From positions 58,006-122,005 of the forward strand of contig JAJPIA010000085.1 of assembly GCA_021324975.1 (NCBI GenBank): 64,000 nucleotides of DNA, given 5' to 3'. How positions within the stretch are numbered: position 1 is the first letter of the stretch; the number at the start of each line of letters is the position of its first letter. This DNA comes from Bacillota bacterium. GTDB taxonomy: Bacteria > Sysuimicrobiota > Sysuimicrobiia > Sysuimicrobiales > Segetimicrobiaceae. Made by a program: the position numbers and the translations under genes. Positions 61,741 to 64,000 of the stretch are shown in pieces. The notes beneath the pieces are model-generated. The model saw only the letters and a list, made by a program, of their open reading frames with translations, had not been told where the DNA came from and did not search any database.

Positions 61741-62147
61741 GCGTGGCGAGGGTTAGGACGTCCACCTCGGGCGCGCGGTCGCTCCGACGCGGCGTCGGGT
61801 AGGATCGCGGCTCGCACCCGCTCCAACGCGTCCTGGACTGCGGCCACGTCGCGTGGCGACGGTGCTTCCAATCCGTACCGCACATGACTGTACAGGTCCG
61901 TGAGCGTCTCGATGGCAACCGAAGCGGCCGGTCGATACGAGCTTACCATGTGCGCTAACTCGGCGGGCGTCTGGCTCTTGGGGCGGCGTGCTCCCAACGT
62001 GTCTGCGAGACCGAGGAACTCGGCGTACGCCCGCCGGACGATGGCGGCCGTACCAGCCCCGAAATCTTGGCCGATACCCGTGGTGTCCCGCGCGCGTCGG
62101 CGGAAGAGATCGTGCCAAGACGCACGGAGATCCGTCCAGGACCACAC
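61737..62147 (-). CDS. DUF4129 domain protein (C-terminal module normally fused to a membrane N-terminus)
   Basis: 136-aa ORF (GTG start). The pattern RRAYAEFLGLADTLGARRPKSQTPAELAHMV...LTDLYSHVRYG matches DUF4129 as I recall it. It is in frame with the upstream membrane ORF across a single TAG. Confidence 0.6.
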   Translation of the reverse strand: MWSWTDLRASWHDLFRRRARDTTGIGQDFGAGTAAIVRRAYAEFLGLADTLGARRPKSQTPAELAHMVSSYRPAASVAIETLTDLYSHVRYGLEAPSPRDVAAVQDALERVRAAILPDAASERPRARGGRPNPRHA

Positions 62148-62150
62148 CGA

Positions 62151-63299
62151 CTAGCGCACGATGTCGGCGGGGTGGCGCCGGCCCACCCGCTCATACCGAA
62201 ATACAGACCGGGCAATCAGCAGCAATACGACTGCCAGCAAGGCCAGCGCCGCCCCCCACCGTAGCGCTGCGGCCGCTTCGGGCGGTAATCCAGCCGTGTG
62301 CCCCTGAGACAATTGTTGCAGCCACGCCGCGGGCGACGGCGAGGGCATCGGCTGCACGGCGTGGGGATGCAGCATACGGCGGATCGCCCAGACAATTCCC
62401 GAGAGAACGAACCCGATCGGCACGGCGATCACATAGAGGAGCGCAAGCAGCACCGCATCCAATGCCGGCGCCACGGCGCGAAAGACAGCCGCGACATCGA
62501 GCCGCAATACGGCGCCTGCGAGCGTGGCGACGACCAGTACGGCGGCCGCGGCCCCTACCACCAGCGCGTACCAGTCCGCCGTCACCGCGGCGTTTTGCTG
62601 TGACGCGCGAGTCTGACGGTGCACGGACTGCAACCGCGCAATCGGTAGCGCGATCAGGCTGACGAGGAAGAACCCAAGCAGATACGGAAAACCGGCCGCC
62701 GCCGCGGCGGTGAGCGGAGGAACCGTGTGCCCGGCCGCCATCACGGCAGCGAACACGCCAAACGCCGCGAGCCCGAGCGTGAAGATGGTCTCGACGTCGT
62801 AGTATTCGAGCGTCGTGCGGCCGATCACGAGCGCACGGCGCCACACCAGCATCGCGAAGACCCACGCCGGCAGCTCCGGGCGTGCCCCGGCCAGGATCGA
62901 GACCAGCCACTCGCGGGCCGGGCCGTGCAGGAGGCGCCAGGCCGGATCAGCGCGGTATTGCCAGACGACGGCCAATGCCCCGGCCGCGGCGCCTCCCACG
63001 ACCAGCGCGACGCGGGCTGGCGCGATGCGCGCCCCGGCAGGGCGCGATAGGCCCGCTCGGCCCACGATTTGCCCGCCGGCAAGCAACACGCAGACGGTCA
63101 CCGGAGCGAGCAGGCTCGACGGGGCGCCGAGCCAGATCGTGCCCGCGAGGATGGCGTACGGGACAATCCACGCAGCGTCCATCGCCGCCACGAGCAACGG
63201 CAGGGTCCATCCCGGCGAGTCGGGCGCGCCGCTCCCCGCCGCAGCCGACCGGGACCTGTTCTCGGAAGGGTCCTCTCGCGTCCGCAGCACCGATCGCAT
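62151..63299 (-). CDS. Multi-pass membrane protein (N-terminal module of a DUF4129-type protein in a MoxR/DUF58 operon)
   Basis: 382-aa ORF with numerous hydrophobic helices. It starts 8 nt after the DUF58 stop and ends at a TAG that is in frame with the DUF4129 ORF. Confidence 0.7.
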   Translation of the reverse strand: MRSVLRTREDPSENRSRSAAAGSGAPDSPGWTLPLLVAAMDAAWIVPYAILAGTIWLGAPSSLLAPVTVCVLLAGGQIVGRAGLSRPAGARIAPARVALVVGGAAAGALAVVWQYRADPAWRLLHGPAREWLVSILAGARPELPAWVFAMLVWRRALVIGRTTLEYYDVETIFTLGLAAFGVFAAVMAAGHTVPPLTAAAAAGFPYLLGFFLVSLIALPIARLQSVHRQTRASQQNAAVTADWYALVVGAAAAVLVVATLAGAVLRLDVAAVFRAVAPALDAVLLALLYVIAVPIGFVLSGIVWAIRRMLHPHAVQPMPSPSPAAWLQQLSQGHTAGLPPEAAAALRWGAALALLAVVLLLIARSVFRYERVGRRHPADIVR

Positions 63300-63306
63300 C
63301 TCGGGC

Positions 63307-64000
63307 CTACGCCAGCGCTACGCGGCGCACGTCACGCCACGCGTCCTCGCCGCGCACCTCGAATACCGGGAGGTCATCGGCGGTGACCGTCCGGGCGTCC
63401 GAGCCAATCACTACGAGACCCGCGGACCTTCCCGTGCGTCTGGCCGCTCGCAGGGCTTCGACGGCTTCCGGTTCCGGCACGGCCGTGATCGCGAGCACGC
63501 TCGTCCCCCAGGGGAGGGCCGGCATCTCCGCCGCGAGCAGTTCCTCCAGCGGCGTCGTCGCCACCGGGGCCACCGTAGCGAGCGCTTCGAGCACGGTCTG
63601 CAGCTGCTGCGGATGGTCGCTCGGGGGAACGGCAATCGTCGCCATGCCCGCGCCACGGAAGCGGGGACCGTTGACGTAGAGGCCAACCGGAAGTTTCTGC
63701 TCCGCACTCCATGCGGCGACCGACGCGGCCACGATGATCGCCACCTCGACGAGCAGCGGATCGTACCCCGCCCACCAGGCGTGCCCCCGCAGCGTGTGCA
63801 TGTCCAGAAAGAGCGCAAGGCGCGGGTGGGTCGTCGGCTCGAAGATCTTGACGTGCAGCCGCCGAAGTCGGGCGGACGCCTTCCAGTGGATACGCCGGAG
63901 CGAGTCGCCGGCCTCATAGGGGCGCACGCCGGCAAGATGCGCGGGGTCCTCCCAAAGCGTGCGCGGCGCGATGAGATCTCCGAACGGGCCCTGCGCGTCC
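63307..64000 (-). CDS. DUF58 (vWA-like) protein, N-terminus beyond the window end
   Basis: The frame of ORF 63307..63927 stays open to position 64000 (DAQGPFGDLIAPRTLWEDPAHLAGVRPYEAGDSLRRIHWKASAR...). The R.Y..GD..R.I.WK block is the DUF58 hallmark. Confidence 0.8.
   Translation of the reverse strand, partial: DAQGPFGDLIAPRTLWEDPAHLAGVRPYEAGDSLRRIHWKASARLRRLHVKIFEPTTHPRLALFLDMHTLRGHAWWAGYDPLLVEVAIIVAASVAAWSAEQKLPVGLYVNGPRFRGAGMATIAVPPSDHPQQLQTVLEALATVAPVATTPLEELLAAEMPALPWGTSVLAITAVPEPEAVEALRAARRTGRSAGLVVIGSDARTVTADDLPVFEVRGEDAWRDVRRVALA

Noticed and set aside
1-64000. Searches by eye for rRNA, tRNA, CRISPR repeat arrays, IS elements/transposases, integrases, toxin-antitoxin pairs and known defence-system ATPases/nucleases.
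   Set aside because: I found no regularly spaced direct repeats, no cloverleaf-like or rRNA-like conserved stretches, and no ORF with DDE/tyrosine-recombinase or nuclease hallmarks. I considered a phage-defence role for the MutS-like pair, but the fluoride riboswitch in front of it explains the locus better.

Overview
This is a very GC-rich (about 70% by eye) bacterial chromosomal segment. I call about 60 protein-coding genes, and all but one lie on the minus strand. Many are joined by 1-14 nt stop/start overlaps (GTGA, ATGA, TGATG), so long operon-like arrays are likely. I saw no rRNA, tRNA, CRISPR array or recognisable IS/transposase/integrase. All function calls come from motif and family recognition by eye, not from any database search.

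Content in coordinate order:
- 1-1.7 kb: a sugar-nucleotide oxidoreductase and DegT aminotransferase pair.
- 1.9-3.4 kb: an SRPBCC protein and a TGS-domain GTPase.
- 3.5-8.2 kb: a methylcrotonyl-CoA carboxylase / HMG-CoA lyase module. Its alpha subunit is interrupted by an in-frame TGA.
- 8.3-11.4 kb: a DapA-family aldolase, two small ORFs and an S41 peptidase.
- 11.6-29.1 kb: a long co-directional array. It holds a Liv-type ABC importer, DUF1989, SDR, orphan 2-oxoacid dehydrogenase E1 alpha/beta, a D-2-hydroxyacid dehydrogenase, hydantoinase/oxoprolinase HyuA/HyuB, a second SDR and a CoxMSL-type molybdenum hydroxylase.
- 29.5-41.8 kb: two ceramidase-like amidohydrolase paralogs around an ATPase-less Dpp/Opp-type importer, followed by a desuccinylase-family deacylase, an enolase-superfamily enzyme, a DapA-like aldolase, CoA-transferase A/B and an LLM oxidoreductase.
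- 41.8-47.5 kb: a second CoxMSL-type paralog set, PxpA and a cysteine-synthase-family enzyme.
- 47.6-51.0 kb: a second ATPase-less Dpp/Opp-type importer.
- 51-62 kb: a visibly less GC-rich accessory-looking block.
- 61.7-64 kb: the tail of a DUF58 / membrane / DUF4129 (MoxR-type) operon.

Main finding: at 59.87-60.30 kb two divergent promoters each drive a fluoride-riboswitch-like (crcB motif) aptamer. The minus-strand aptamer has a textbook terminator expression platform. It controls a translationally coupled pair of MutS-domain-V-only ATPases and possibly a downstream Nudix hydrolase. The plus-strand aptamer precedes an MFS transporter, the only plus-strand gene. No crcB or CLC-F fluoride channel gene is present. 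This looks like an uncharacterised fluoride-responsive module.
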